Positions 36,656-47,314 of a stretch of 64,000 nt of DNA are shown in pieces. The translations under genes and the position numbers were made by a program. Numbering within the stretch: the stretch's first letter is position 1; the number at the start of each line of letters is the position of its first letter. The stretch comes from an uncultured Verrucomicrobiae bacterium (GTDB taxonomy: Bacteria; Verrucomicrobiota; Verrucomicrobiia; Chthoniobacterales; UBA10450). Location: assembly GCA_963782205.1 (NCBI GenBank), contig CAWAIY010000007.1:43690-107689 (forward strand). Reading direction: 5' to 3'. A model generated the notes under the pieces. That model was not told the origin of the DNA. It ran no database searches and worked only from the letters and a program-made list of their open reading frames with translations.

Positions 36656-38503
36656 CTACGGCGCCGCGGCAGGCGAACCGGCCACCGCCGGAGATGGCGT
36701 CGCACTGGGCGACGGAGAGGATGCGGCGCTCTTCGTCAGTGGCAGTTTCAGTGCGGTCAGGTCCGGATTGCTGACGACGAAGGTGCCATCGCGTCCATCC
36801 GCCTTGGCGAACCACATCCCGTCGTCCGTCCGATTACCGATCGTCAGTTTGTGCAGCGCCTTGTCGTCGGGTGAGGTCGTGAAAGTCACGACCAACTGCG
36901 GTTTGTCGAAACCATGCGCGGGTCTGGTCGCGCCAACCCAGCGCACCGCGCGCAAAGTAGCGAGGGTATTGAGCAGCGATTTCAAGTCGGCGGTGTCGAT
37001 CGCGCCCTCGCCTTTGATCCATTTCCAATCCTTCGGACCATTGCGGACGAGCGACTCTTCGTGATCGATGACGCGGGAAAGGCGATGAATGTCGTTAGGC
37101 TTGAACTTGAAGATCGCCAGCTCCTGCCATTGCAACGGATCAGCCCAGATCTTGTCCAGCAGCTCGCGGTTGACCGCGACGATGAACGGTTCCTCGCCGA
37201 CACGCGCATAGACATCGCTGCCCTCGGTTTTCCCAAATGAGAGGGTGAGAAACGGGTGTTCGCCGGCCGCCGTCTCAGCCGTGTTTCCCGAGGCAAAAGA
37301 GCTGAAGGTCAAACGAAGCGCCGGTTGGTCGAGTCCATACTTCGGCAGCTCCGTCGCGGTATCAGCAACGAACTGAGTGACCTGTTGATCATTCAGAGTT
37401 TCGATCAACCGGCGGACTTCATCGCTGTTGGCCGGCTGGTTGTTCCGGCTCGCGATCGTCCAGTTTTCACCCTTCCGCGCGAGCACAATCTTGGGTTCGC
37501 CGGTCGCTTCGATATTGACCCGATCAAGATTGTTGGTGTCGATCCTGACCAGATGGCGATCACGCAGGTCGTTAGGGCGAACAGTGAGGATCTCCTCCGT
37601 CTTCTTCGGCAGAGCATAGACCGCGTGGCGGGGCAGGGAACGCGCATAGACAGCATCCTTGATCTTCTCCGCCACGCTGCCGATCTGGATAGTGCGGCCT
37701 TCCTTGTCGTCTGTGCCATAGATCGTGATCGATCCGCGCGGCTCGGAGAGCCCGTAGACGTGCAGGTCGCCGCGATCATCGGCCACAAATTCCTGGATGC
37801 GCGCATTCGTTACCTGCGCGAGCAGATCGCCGATTTTTTGATCATCGCCCCGGGCCTGTAAGGGCTTCACGATTTCCCAATGCTCGTTTTTCTTGGCCAG
37901 CTCGATTTCGCCAGCCGGAGTTTTTAGAATCGCGCGCGTCACTTGCGCGGTCGTGATGCCAGTCAGTTTACGATCGCGGAAATCGTCCGGCTTTTTTGAG
38001 ATGTCGGCTCGGACCGATTGCGAAGCGATCAGGACGTCCTTCGAATCGGCCAGGCGGACATACATTTTTCCCTCCAGCGCGGCATCCTTTCCGAAAAGAA
38101 TTTCCGGCGGCATCTTGGGCCCGATCAGGCGCAGTCGCAGCTTCGGTTGGACCAGCCCGTACTCGTTCAGGCGTCCTTTCTCCGCCGTTGCTTCCCTCGC
38201 CGGAATCACCGCGTCTTTGCGCCAGAGTTCGATGTCGCTAATCACGTTGTCGACCGCGGCACTGTCCGCCTGGTCTTTGACCGGCGCGGTGAGCCGCCAA
38301 TTGCCGGCATCGCGGTGAAGCTCGATGCGGTCGTCGCCGTTTTGAATCACGATCCCCTCGAGTTTTTCGCGATCAAAGTTAACGACGTTGCCGGCCTGGC
38401 GCCGCGCTTCATCCGTGCCCGGTTGTTTGCTTTCGAAAAACTTGATCCAGACCCCGAGCGCGATGACGAGGATGAGAAGGGTGAGCGTCGTCCTGGTCTT
38501 CAT
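36656..38503 (-). CDS. DUF4340-domain protein (GldG-operon associated)
   Basis: N-terminal anchor and repeated beta-rich modules. It lies downstream of the GldG-like gene, as is usual for this family. Confidence 0.7.
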   Translation of the reverse strand: MKTRTTLTLLILVIALGVWIKFFESKQPGTDEARRQAGNVVNFDREKLEGIVIQNGDDRIELHRDAGNWRLTAPVKDQADSAAVDNVISDIELWRKDAVIPAREATAEKGRLNEYGLVQPKLRLRLIGPKMPPEILFGKDAALEGKMYVRLADSKDVLIASQSVRADISKKPDDFRDRKLTGITTAQVTRAILKTPAGEIELAKKNEHWEIVKPLQARGDDQKIGDLLAQVTNARIQEFVADDRGDLHVYGLSEPRGSITIYGTDDKEGRTIQIGSVAEKIKDAVYARSLPRHAVYALPKKTEEILTVRPNDLRDRHLVRIDTNNLDRVNIEATGEPKIVLARKGENWTIASRNNQPANSDEVRRLIETLNDQQVTQFVADTATELPKYGLDQPALRLTFSSFASGNTAETAAGEHPFLTLSFGKTEGSDVYARVGEEPFIVAVNRELLDKIWADPLQWQELAIFKFKPNDIHRLSRVIDHEESLVRNGPKDWKWIKGEGAIDTADLKSLLNTLATLRAVRWVGATRPAHGFDKPQLVVTFTTSPDDKALHKLTIGNRTDDGMWFAKADGRDGTFVVSNPDLTALKLPLTKSAASSPSPSATPSPAVAGSPAAAP

Positions 38504-38512
38504 ACGAAGTCG

Positions 38513-40006
38513 TCAGGCGCGGCGGCGCCACCAGACGAACCAGCCGAGGATTGCCGGCACCAGCGGCATCAGAACGAGGACGATCCAGCGCAAACTACGC
38601 GAGGCCTGTTCATCGAGCGTGAAGGTGAGTGTCTGCGGAATTTTCGGCGCGATGCCGATCATTTGTTCGCGGCTGAGGAGCCAGTTAAGGCTGGCAGAAA
38701 CGAAGTCGAGCCCTTGCTGGTCCTGAGTGAGCGCGTTGTTCTGGATAAAAGTGGAATTGGCGACCACGACGAGGCGCGCAGAGTTGATCTGGACACGCGC
38801 ATCGGCGCTCCCGCCTTTCTCGACCGACGCCGCGATCGTGAGGGGTTCGCCCTTGTCTTTCGCCGGATCGTATTGCAGCAACGCCTCGTCATCCGAATAA
38901 TAATCGGTCTCGCCCCAGTAACCTTTCTCTGCCTGGACGAGCGGCGTGAGATGAATGTTTGCGTGCGCGACGCGTTGCGAGTCGAGGGTCAACGAACTGG
39001 TCGGGCCGAAGAACAGCGCACGCACATCGGCAAGTCGTTTCGTGACCGGGTTATCGGGCATGAAATGCGCCATGACATCGCGCACTCGCGCCACTTCCTC
39101 GATGCCGGTCTTGACCATCGCCATGAGGCGATCGTCATCTACTTTCACCCCCAGCTCGTTAAGAAAGGCGAGTAACTTCGGTGTCTTCGCGGCCGGGTCG
39201 ATGAGGAGTAAAATACGGCCGTCCTTGTTCCAGAAATCGCGCAGTATCTTCATCTCGCGATCGGAGAAGTCGTACTGCGGGCCATCAATCATGACCACTT
39301 TCACGTCCTTCGGAATGGCCGGCAGCTCGAAGAGGTTTAGCTCCTGGAATTTGATATTTTCGTTCTCGATAAACGTCTTCAAGACCGAAATGGGACTCTC
39401 ACCCGCGAGCGGCGGTTCCTTGTGTCCGACGATGTAGCCGACAGTATTCTTCTTGCCCTCCACGATGTCGATCAGCGCGCTGGTGATCGCCTGTTCTCCC
39501 TTAAAGGCAGTCACTTGCGCCGGTTCGCCCGTCATCGGATTTCCCTGATCCATGTCGGCCATTTCCGAAGACTTCACGGTCTTGGTTCGACCCTGGTAAT
39601 CGACAATCAGCACGCTCTCGTCCGTCACCACCTTGTATTTGTCGAAGAGCTCCTTCGCCCTCGTCAGGTTGCGGTCCGGGTCGACATACTCGACGTCGAT
39701 CTTGCCGCGCGAAGCGTATTGATATTCGGTCAGCAAATTCTGCACATCGGCCGTAATCGGATTCTGCGAGCCGAAGAAAACCGTGATCCGCACCTTGCCC
39801 TTGATGCTGTCGAGGAAGTGCTTCGTCTTGTCGGAAAGCGCGTATTTCTTGTCCCGCGAAAGGTCCCAGCGTTTGTAATGCTCGAAGCCGAGGTAGTTCA
39901 CCATGGCGGCGAGGACGATGATGATCGCGACCTGCACGATCAGGTTCAGCCCAATCTGGAGCCGATGGATGCTCTTTGGTTTGCTCGGCGCGTTCTCGTC
40001 AACCAT
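38513..40006 (-). CDS. GldG-family ABC-transporter auxiliary component
   Basis: N- and C-terminal TM anchors with a large periplasmic domain. It follows the ABC-2 permease and the ATPase. Confidence 0.8.
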   Translation of the reverse strand: MVDENAPSKPKSIHRLQIGLNLIVQVAIIIVLAAMVNYLGFEHYKRWDLSRDKKYALSDKTKHFLDSIKGKVRITVFFGSQNPITADVQNLLTEYQYASRGKIDVEYVDPDRNLTRAKELFDKYKVVTDESVLIVDYQGRTKTVKSSEMADMDQGNPMTGEPAQVTAFKGEQAITSALIDIVEGKKNTVGYIVGHKEPPLAGESPISVLKTFIENENIKFQELNLFELPAIPKDVKVVMIDGPQYDFSDREMKILRDFWNKDGRILLLIDPAAKTPKLLAFLNELGVKVDDDRLMAMVKTGIEEVARVRDVMAHFMPDNPVTKRLADVRALFFGPTSSLTLDSQRVAHANIHLTPLVQAEKGYWGETDYYSDDEALLQYDPAKDKGEPLTIAASVEKGGSADARVQINSARLVVVANSTFIQNNALTQDQQGLDFVSASLNWLLSREQMIGIAPKIPQTLTFTLDEQASRSLRWIVLVLMPLVPAILGWFVWWRRRA

Positions 40007-40009
40007 CGA

Positions 40010-40765
40010 TCACAGTCTCCATTTACGCGATTGAAACGCCTGATAGGTGAAGGTCAGCATCACGATCGTCATGCTGAGATAGAGCACCATCGGCCGGGTA
40101 TCGATCTCGCCACGGGAGAGAGCGCCCATTTGTTCGATGGCGGAGAAATAGCCGAGCAATTGCCGCGTCTCAGAGCTGACATCGAGAAGGATGAACTGGA
40201 CCAGACCGAGAAAGAAAAGCACGGTAATGATGGCGAACGAAATCACCGCCGCGACGATCTGGTTTTTCGTCAGGACGGAAGCGAAACAGCCGATCGAAAG
40301 ATAGAACATCCCGAGCAGCAGGAGCATGAGATAGCCGCCCAAATAAGCGCCGGTCGAGCTCGCCGCCGGCTGGTGCGTGAGCGTCTGGAAGATGACGAAG
40401 TAGAGAACGGTCGGCAGCCAGAGAATGATGTAGAAAATCAGGGCGCCGAAGTACTTCGCGAGCACGACCTGCCAGTCGCGCACCGGCGCGGTCATGAGCG
40501 GCTCGATCGTGCCGAGCTTAAATTCCTCCGCGAAAAGCCGCATCGTGATGAGCGGGAAAATGAGCACGAACGCGAACCAGAAAAAGACGGAGTTAAAGAA
40601 GGCTTCCTGCACTGAATAGGCCACCGCCCGCTGGTTCATGAAGGAAACCTGGAAGTAGAAATCGAACCCGCTGACGAGGAGGAAGAAGACGAGAACGATG
40701 TAGGCGATCGGCGAGTAGAAGTAGCTGCGGATTTCGCGAGAAAGGAGAGTAAAAAATTTTCTCAT
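40010..40765 (-). CDS. ABC-2 type transporter permease (GldF-like)
   Basis: Six-TM profile with the N-terminus MRKFFTLLSREIRSYFYSPIAYIVL, typical of GldF/ABC-2. Confidence 0.85.
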   Translation of the reverse strand: MRKFFTLLSREIRSYFYSPIAYIVLVFFLLVSGFDFYFQVSFMNQRAVAYSVQEAFFNSVFFWFAFVLIFPLITMRLFAEEFKLGTIEPLMTAPVRDWQVVLAKYFGALIFYIILWLPTVLYFVIFQTLTHQPAASSTGAYLGGYLMLLLLGMFYLSIGCFASVLTKNQIVAAVISFAIITVLFFLGLVQFILLDVSSETRQLLGYFSAIEQMGALSRGEIDTRPMVLYLSMTIVMLTFTYQAFQSRKWRL

Positions 40766-40800
40766 TAGCTATTCGTTAGGGCATCCTCCGTAGCTCAATT

Positions 40801-41736
40801 TCATACTTCATCCGCATGCGTGATCTCGACAAAAACATCTTCCAAAGTGGCTTTGCGTTGCGACAACTCACGCACCGCCCAGCGCCGTTCGCTCGCCAGC
40901 CGGAACACCTCCGGTCGCACATCCGCGCCCGCTTCTCCGCGGAGTGAGAACACCTGCCAGTCGCCATCAGTCGTCAGGCCAACGTCCTTCACGCCGCTGA
41001 TCTTCTTCAGCTCCTCAATTCCGTTGTCATTGCCTGTTTTGGCTTCCAGCCGGACACCGGTCGCAGTCCGAATCTGATTGACCAGGTTTTCCGGCGTATC
41101 GCAGGCTTCGATCCGTCCCTTGTTGATGATGATGATGCGGCTGCAGGTCATCTCTACCTCGGGCAGAATGTGCGTCGAAAGCAGGATCGTGTGCTGGCGA
41201 CCGAGGTTCTTGATCAGTTCGCGCACCTGTCGGATCTGGTTGGGATCGAGCCCGCTCGTCGGTTCGTCGAGAATCAGGAGGTCGGGTTCATGCACGAGTG
41301 CGTCCGCCAGTCCGACGCGTTGTCGATAGCCTTTGGAAAGCGCGCCGATCAGTTTCTTCTCCATGTCTTTCAACCCGCACAATTCCTTGACGTCGCCGAC
41401 TCGTTCGTTGATCCGGCGATGAGGGACGCCCTTGAGCGCGGCGCGATAATTGAGGTATTCCGTGACCCGCATGTCGTTATAGAGCGGGACGTTTTCCGGC
41501 ATATAACCGAGGTGCGCGCGGGCCTGGAGCGACTTTTCGAAAATGTCGAACCCTGCGACCGAGGCGCGCCCTGAGGTCGGCGGCATGAAGCTGGACAGGA
41601 TGCGCATGGTCGTGCTTTTGCCTGCCCCGTTGGGCCCGAGGAAGCCCATGATCTCACCTTTTCCGACTTCGAAGTTCAGGTTGTCGATCGCCGTTTGGCC
41701 GGCATAACGCTTGGTGAGATTTTCGACTTTGATCAT
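40801..41736 (-). CDS. ABC transporter ATP-binding protein (GldA-like)
   Basis: Walker A GPNGAGKST, signature LSKGYRQR, Walker B LLILDEPTSGLD. Confidence 0.92.
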   Translation of the reverse strand: MIKVENLTKRYAGQTAIDNLNFEVGKGEIMGFLGPNGAGKSTTMRILSSFMPPTSGRASVAGFDIFEKSLQARAHLGYMPENVPLYNDMRVTEYLNYRAALKGVPHRRINERVGDVKELCGLKDMEKKLIGALSKGYRQRVGLADALVHEPDLLILDEPTSGLDPNQIRQVRELIKNLGRQHTILLSTHILPEVEMTCSRIIIINKGRIEACDTPENLVNQIRTATGVRLEAKTGNDNGIEELKKISGVKDVGLTTDGDWQVFSLRGEAGADVRPEVFRLASERRWAVRELSQRKATLEDVFVEITHADEV

Positions 41737-41800
41737 GCAGCCGTGAGTTCTACTGACAACGCCAACTTGAAAGTGTTGGCAAATTTTTTACCGAAATTTT

Positions 41801-43081
41801 TCAACGCGCCTCGAGAGTTACCGTTTCAACACGACGCCCCCGATTTCCTCGGCCGATGACGCCGACCGCGAAGTCCACGCTCGATCCGCTGTCCGCCTGC
41901 GACAGCAAACGTTCCACGTCCCTGACCGAATTGACGTCATACTTTCCGATCCGGTAGATCACCAAACCACGCTCGAAGCCGGACTGGTCGGCCGGACTAT
42001 CGGGCTCGACCGCGCTGATCAGGACGCCTCTCCGGCTCGCGTAGCCGAGCGCGGCGGCGAGGTCGTCGGTCAAGTCCTGCAACTGCAAACCGAACAAACG
42101 ATCCGCGCGCGGCGAGCCAATTCCCTCCCCGCCCGGTTGCGGCGGCGGTTGCTTTGCAGCGATCTTCTTGAATTGCTCGATGCTTTGCCGGACGACATCG
42201 GCTGGAATAGCAAAGCCGATGCCCTGAGTCGGAATGCCCTGCGGGGTAAAGGCCAGCTTCGCGGAACTGATCCCGACGAGGCGGCCGGAGAGATCGATCA
42301 ACGGCCCGCCGCTGTTGCCCGGATTGATCGCCGCATCCGTCTGAAGCAGATTGCGGTAGTCGATGTTGTCGACCGTGATATCGCGGTTCACCGCGCTAAG
42401 GACGCCGCGGCTGATCGAACTACCATAGCCAAGCGCATTGCCGACGACGATGACCGTTTGACCTAACAAATTCGGTGAGATGTCCTGCAGGTTGACAAAA
42501 GGGAGCGGCTTGTCGCTGTCGATCTTGATCAGAGCGAGATCTTTCTTCGGATCACCCGTGATGTAACGCCCCTTGTAGCTCTTGTTGTCATTCGTGATGA
42601 CCTCGATCTTGTAATCAGCTGCCCGCTCCACCACATGTTCGTTCGTCACGATATAGCCCGCGGGATCGATGATGAATCCCGAACCGAGGCTCTGGAGCGT
42701 CTGACGGATCTCGCGCGGGCGGTTGCGGTAGACGCCGAAGAACTGCGCGGCAAAATCATCGAACGGATCGCGCACCTGCCGCCTAACGACGCGCTCAGTA
42801 TTGATATTAACCACCGCTGGCAGGACCTTTGCCACTGCCAGCACCGCCGGCTCGGAAGCAGGATTGACGGCCGGCGGAGTCGCCTGGCCCAAAGCGGTTG
42901 AAACCGCCGCCATCAAAATAGCGACCGGCAGACGTCTCCCTTTGGGCAAAGACGCCCTGCACGCTCTGCGTAGGAAGGAGGCAACAACTGCTCCTGCGCT
43001 TCGCACGGCGAAGCGCCTGCAGGAATCCGTTGATCCCTTGTCGCCAGCGGAACCGAGAATTTGTTCTACTTGCCCGTTCAC
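41801..43081 (-). CDS. HtrA/DegP-family trypsin-like serine protease with PDZ domain
   Basis: Catalytic motifs are TNEHVV, D...LALIK and GNSGGPL. A PDZ-like tail sits at the C-terminus. The true start is uncertain. Confidence 0.85.
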   Translation of the reverse strand: MNGQVEQILGSAGDKGSTDSCRRFAVRSAGAVVASFLRRACRASLPKGRRLPVAILMAAVSTALGQATPPAVNPASEPAVLAVAKVLPAVVNINTERVVRRQVRDPFDDFAAQFFGVYRNRPREIRQTLQSLGSGFIIDPAGYIVTNEHVVERAADYKIEVITNDNKSYKGRYITGDPKKDLALIKIDSDKPLPFVNLQDISPNLLGQTVIVVGNALGYGSSISRGVLSAVNRDITVDNIDYRNLLQTDAAINPGNSGGPLIDLSGRLVGISSAKLAFTPQGIPTQGIGFAIPADVVRQSIEQFKKIAAKQPPPQPGGEGIGSPRADRLFGLQLQDLTDDLAAALGYASRRGVLISAVEPDSPADQSGFERGLVIYRIGKYDVNSVRDVERLLSQADSGSSVDFAVGVIGRGNRGRRVETVTLEAR

Positions 43082-43156
43082 TTGCAGGCGAACATCGAAG
43101 CGCCTCCGGCAGTGTCAACTTGCCCACCGGGCAAACCCCTCCAGAGTACCGGGACC

Positions 43157-45913
43157 ATGCGTCCATCATTTGCGACTCGCGGCAACCTCGATCTGATCGA
43201 GGAAAACTACCGCCTTTGGGAGAAGAACCCGCAGGCGGTCGACGGCAGTTGGCGCGCTTTTTTTGAAGGCTTTGAGCTCGGCAACACGGCGCAACGAAAC
43301 GGTACCGCGGCGGTCGCCGCGTCCGCACCCGCTGCCGCGACAGAGGGCTCGCTCCAGGCGCGCGTCGACGGTTTAATTTACGCCTATCGTACTCTCGGAC
43401 ACACCATCGCGCGGCTGAATCCGCTGGCCGAGAAGCGCCCGGAAAATCCGTTGCTCAGCCTGCGCGAACTCGGGTTCAGCGAGAAGGATCTCGAGCGGCA
43501 GGTTTCCTCCCCGTTCTTTCTCGAGAACAAGAAGATGTCGCTACGCGAAATGATCGCGACGCTGCAGCGGATATACGCCGACACGATTGGTAGCGAGTTT
43601 CAACACATCCAAAATCCGCGCGTTCGGAACTGGGTGCGCGATCGGATCGAGGCACGACCACGAATGCAAGACCGCGCGTCCGTATCACTCCAGGTCGATC
43701 TCTTGCGGGCGCTGATGGAGGCGGAGTCGTTCGAGGTTTTCCTGCACACTCGTTACGTCGGACAAAAGCGCTTTTCTCTGCAGGGCGCGGAGTCTTTGAT
43801 GGTGATCCTCGAGACCATTCTCCAGCTCTGCCCGGAGTCCGGAATCGAGGAGATCTGCATGGGGATGGCGCACCGCGGAAGACTCAATGTGCTGGCAAAT
43901 TTTCTGCGCAAATCGCTCAAGGTGATCTTCACCGAGTTCAGCACCAACTACATTCCCGATCTCGTGGAGGGCGATGGCGATGTGAAGTATCACCTCGGCT
44001 ACACGACGGTGCGGAAGCTCGACTCTGGAGCGCAGGTAGAGATTCGGCTTTCCGCCAACCCGAGCCACCTCGAAGCGGTCGATCCGGTGGTCGAGGGAAA
44101 GGCGCGGGCGCGGCAGCGCATCCGGGGCGATACCGAGCATCGCCGGAAAGTTTTGCCTCTTCTCATTCACGGGGACGCGGCCTTCGCTGGTCAGGGCATC
44201 GTGGCGGAAACACTTAACATATCGCAACTGCCCGGCTACAGCACGGGCGGAACGGTGCATGTCGTGGTCAACAACCAGATCGGCTTCACCACCCTGCCGG
44301 AGGACGCCCGCTCCTCGATGTACGCAACCGACATCGCGAAGATGATTGAAGTTCCAATTTTTCACGTCAACGGCGATGACCCGCTCGCGGTGCGATTCGT
44401 GACAGAAACGGCGCTCGACTTTCGCCAGGAATTTCGCCGTGACGTCGTCATCGACATGTATTGCTACCGGCGTTACGGGCATAACGAAGGCGACGAACCG
44501 TTCTTCACCCAACCCGATCTTTACGCCAGAATCGCGCAGCGTCCGTCGGTCACCAAGCTCTACAAAAGCCAGCTTTTGCAGACCGGCGTGTTAAGCGACG
44601 ACGAGGCGGCGTCGCTCGAAACGGAGTTCGAGCTGCGCCTCGAAATGGCGCTCGAAGAAGTGAAATCCATCGAAAAGGAAGCGGCTGACCAGACGGAGCG
44701 CTTCCAGGAATCGACCGCGGTTTTTCAGCCGAAATACACCTGCGCGACGACGCCAACCGCAATTAGCCCGGCGATGCTGCAACAGATCGTGGCTGGCCTG
44801 ACGAGAGTGCCGGACGACTTCAACATCCTGCCAAAAGTGAAGCGGATCACGATCGATCGGCAGCGCCAGGTTTATGAAGCCGGCGGCCCTTACGATTGGG
44901 GATTTGCCGAGGCGCTCGCCTTTGGTTCGCTCCTCCTCGAAGGCATCCCCGTGCGCCTGTCTGGCCAGGACAGCCGCCGCGGCACCTTCAGTCATCGGCA
45001 TTCATTTCTCTACGATGCCAAGACGGGCAAGCCGTATCTCCCGCTCCTCCATCTCGGGCCGAACCAGGCGCGCATTTGCATTTACAACAGCCTGCTCTCC
45101 GAGGCGGCCGTACTTGGCTTCGACTACGGCTACTCGCTCGATTACCCAAACATGCTCTGCCTTTGGGAGGCGCAGTTTGGCGATTTTGCGAATGGCGCGC
45201 AGACAATCATCGACCAGTTCATTGTCTCGGCGGAATCGAAATGGCAACGGCCAAGCGGTATCGTTCTCCTGCTCCCCCACGGCTACGAGGGCCAGGGGCC
45301 GGAACACTCCAGCGCGCGGCTCGAGCGTTTCCTGCAAGCCTGCGCCGAGGATAACATCCAGGTCTGCAACCTCACGACCGCCGCGCAATACTTCCATGTT
45401 CTGCGCCGCCAGATGAAGCGCGACTTCATCAAGCCGCTCATCATCATGACGCCGAAAAGCCTGCTCCGCTCCGAGCCGGCCGCGGCGCGCACGGAGGACT
45501 TCACGAGCGGGAGTTTCTCGGAAGTTTTGCCCGGGCCGCAAGTGGCGTCGCCGAAGAAAATCGAGCGCGTCATCCTTTGCTCCGGCAAGGTTTACTACGA
45601 TCTCCTCCACTACCGCACGGAGAAGAAAATCACCACCGCCGCGATCGTTAGGCTGGAACAGCTCTATCCGCTTGCGGAGGAAAAGTTGCGCGCGACCCTC
45701 GAACCGTTCGGCAAGGTGCAAAAGATCATCTGGTGCCAGGAGGAATCGCAAAATATGGGCGCCTGGACCTACATCGAACCACGGTTGCGGGCCTTGTCGG
45801 GCCAAGAAATTCTCTACGCGGGCCGCAACGCCAGCGCGAGCCCGGCGGTCGGCGCGCTCGCTCTGCACAAACGTGAGCAGACTGCGCTGATCGCGGAAGC
45901 CTTCGCTCTCTAG
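43157..45913 (+). CDS. sucA: 2-oxoglutarate dehydrogenase E1 component
   Basis: The protein contains ...YRTLGHTIARLNPL...MGMAHRGRLNVLAN...HGDAAFAGQGIV...HGYEGQGPEHSSARLERFLQ. The start was set to the ATG at 43157. Confidence 0.93.
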   Translation: MRPSFATRGNLDLIEENYRLWEKNPQAVDGSWRAFFEGFELGNTAQRNGTAAVAASAPAAATEGSLQARVDGLIYAYRTLGHTIARLNPLAEKRPENPLLSLRELGFSEKDLERQVSSPFFLENKKMSLREMIATLQRIYADTIGSEFQHIQNPRVRNWVRDRIEARPRMQDRASVSLQVDLLRALMEAESFEVFLHTRYVGQKRFSLQGAESLMVILETILQLCPESGIEEICMGMAHRGRLNVLANFLRKSLKVIFTEFSTNYIPDLVEGDGDVKYHLGYTTVRKLDSGAQVEIRLSANPSHLEAVDPVVEGKARARQRIRGDTEHRRKVLPLLIHGDAAFAGQGIVAETLNISQLPGYSTGGTVHVVVNNQIGFTTLPEDARSSMYATDIAKMIEVPIFHVNGDDPLAVRFVTETALDFRQEFRRDVVIDMYCYRRYGHNEGDEPFFTQPDLYARIAQRPSVTKLYKSQLLQTGVLSDDEAASLETEFELRLEMALEEVKSIEKEAADQTERFQESTAVFQPKYTCATTPTAISPAMLQQIVAGLTRVPDDFNILPKVKRITIDRQRQVYEAGGPYDWGFAEALAFGSLLLEGIPVRLSGQDSRRGTFSHRHSFLYDAKTGKPYLPLLHLGPNQARICIYNSLLSEAAVLGFDYGYSLDYPNMLCLWEAQFGDFANGAQTIIDQFIVSAESKWQRPSGIVLLLPHGYEGQGPEHSSARLERFLQACAEDNIQVCNLTTAAQYFHVLRRQMKRDFIKPLIIMTPKSLLRSEPAAARTEDFTSGSFSEVLPGPQVASPKKIERVILCSGKVYYDLLHYRTEKKITTAAIVRLEQLYPLAEEKLRATLEPFGKVQKIIWCQEESQNMGAWTYIEPRLRALSGQEILYAGRNASASPAVGALALHKREQTALIAEAFAL

Positions 45914-46040
45914 CCGGTTGCAGCACTGTCGATAGAGCGAGACTCCGTCCAACCGGACAAGGGCATGGCCTTCCGGTCTGTGAAACCACCCAACCCGCCC
46001 GGCTTGCGCGGGGCGGAGAGTTGGCGGTTGTTCTTCGGGA

Positions 46041-47180
46041 ATGAGCTCGGCAAAACACGTCTTCACTCTGGGCGTCGAGGAAGAGTTTCAGATCATCGAT
46101 CCGGAAACGCGCGAACTGCGTTCCCACATCCAGCAAATCCTCGGCGATGGCACAGTGACGTTGAATGAGCAGATCAAGCCTGAAATGCATCAATCCGTGG
46201 TCGAGCTCGGCACCGACGTCTGTGGCAGCATCGCCGACGCGCGCGAGCAGGTCATCCGCTTGCGCAGCGAGCTGGCGGCAATGGCAGGGCGCGGTGGATT
46301 AAAGATTGCTTCCGCCGGAACGCATCCATTTTCGCACTGGTTCGACCAGGCCATCACCGAGGGCGAGCGCTACGCCACGATCGTAAAGGACATGCAACAG
46401 ATCGCGCGAGCCAATCTGATCTTTGGCCTGCACGTCCACGTCGGAATTCCCGATCGCAACACTGCAATCCATGTCATGAATCAGGCGCGCTATTTCCTCC
46501 CGCATCTCTATGCCCTCTCGACGAACTCGCCCTTCTGGGTCGGGCGCAACACTGGCTTGAAAGGTTATCGCCTTAAGGTCTTCGAGCGTTTCCCACGCAC
46601 CGGAATGCCGGACGCCTTCGAGAGTTTATCGGAGTACCAGGATTACCTGACGCTGCTGATCAAAACGGGTTGCGTCGATAACGCAAAAAAGATCTGGTGG
46701 GACATTCGGCTCCACCCGTTTTTCGATACCCTCGAAGTCCGAGTTTGCGACGCGCAATCACGAGTCGACGACACCCTGGCGTTGGCCGCGGTTATCCAGG
46801 CGATCGTAGCAAAGCTGCACAAGCTCCAGCACGACAATCTCACCTTCCGCATTTATCGGCGCCGGCTGATCGATGAGAATCGCTGGCGTGCGTCGCGCTA
46901 TGGGATCGATGGGCGGATGATCGATTTCGGACGGGAAGCCGAAGTCGACACGCGCGAGTTGCTCAGCGAGCTGCTCGATTTCATCTCGCCGGAAGTCGAC
47001 GAGCTCGGGAGCGGACAGGAGATCGAGCACGTCGAAAGGATCCTGCGCGAAGGCACCGGCGCTGACCGGCAGATCGCGGCCTGGGAACGCCAGCACAACA
47101 TGCATGACGTGGTCGACTTGATCGTGGACGAAACCTACGAGCGCCTGACCGTGGCTTCGGCGGATGGCGTCCCGGCGTAG
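46041..47180 (+). CDS. ybdK: carboxylate-amine ligase (YbdK / glutamate-cysteine ligase family 2)
   Basis: FTLGVEEEFQIIDPETREL...HQSVVELGT...GLHVHVGI is the YbdK signature. Confidence 0.88.
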   Translation: MSSAKHVFTLGVEEEFQIIDPETRELRSHIQQILGDGTVTLNEQIKPEMHQSVVELGTDVCGSIADAREQVIRLRSELAAMAGRGGLKIASAGTHPFSHWFDQAITEGERYATIVKDMQQIARANLIFGLHVHVGIPDRNTAIHVMNQARYFLPHLYALSTNSPFWVGRNTGLKGYRLKVFERFPRTGMPDAFESLSEYQDYLTLLIKTGCVDNAKKIWWDIRLHPFFDTLEVRVCDAQSRVDDTLALAAVIQAIVAKLHKLQHDNLTFRIYRRRLIDENRWRASRYGIDGRMIDFGREAEVDTRELLSELLDFISPEVDELGSGQEIEHVERILREGTGADRQIAAWERQHNMHDVVDLIVDETYERLTVASADGVPA

Positions 47181-47314
47181 CAATATTCGCTTAGCAAAGG
47201 CCAAGGAGCGACCAGCCTGACCCTTGCCAACCACTAATTTACAAGCGTGAACTACATCCTTACCCGTCGGGAACGAGGAGAACACGCCAACCGTCACGAC
47301 CGTCCCAAGCGGGA

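Noticed and set aside
38018-40615. Two long + strand ORFs (385 and 397 aa)
   Set aside because: They are antisense to the DUF4340 and GldG-like genes, with low-complexity Arg/Asp/His-rich translations. They are typical GC-rich shadow ORFs.
45002-46066. 354-aa minus-strand ORF
   Set aside because: It is antisense to sucA and the start of ybdK, and has no family features.
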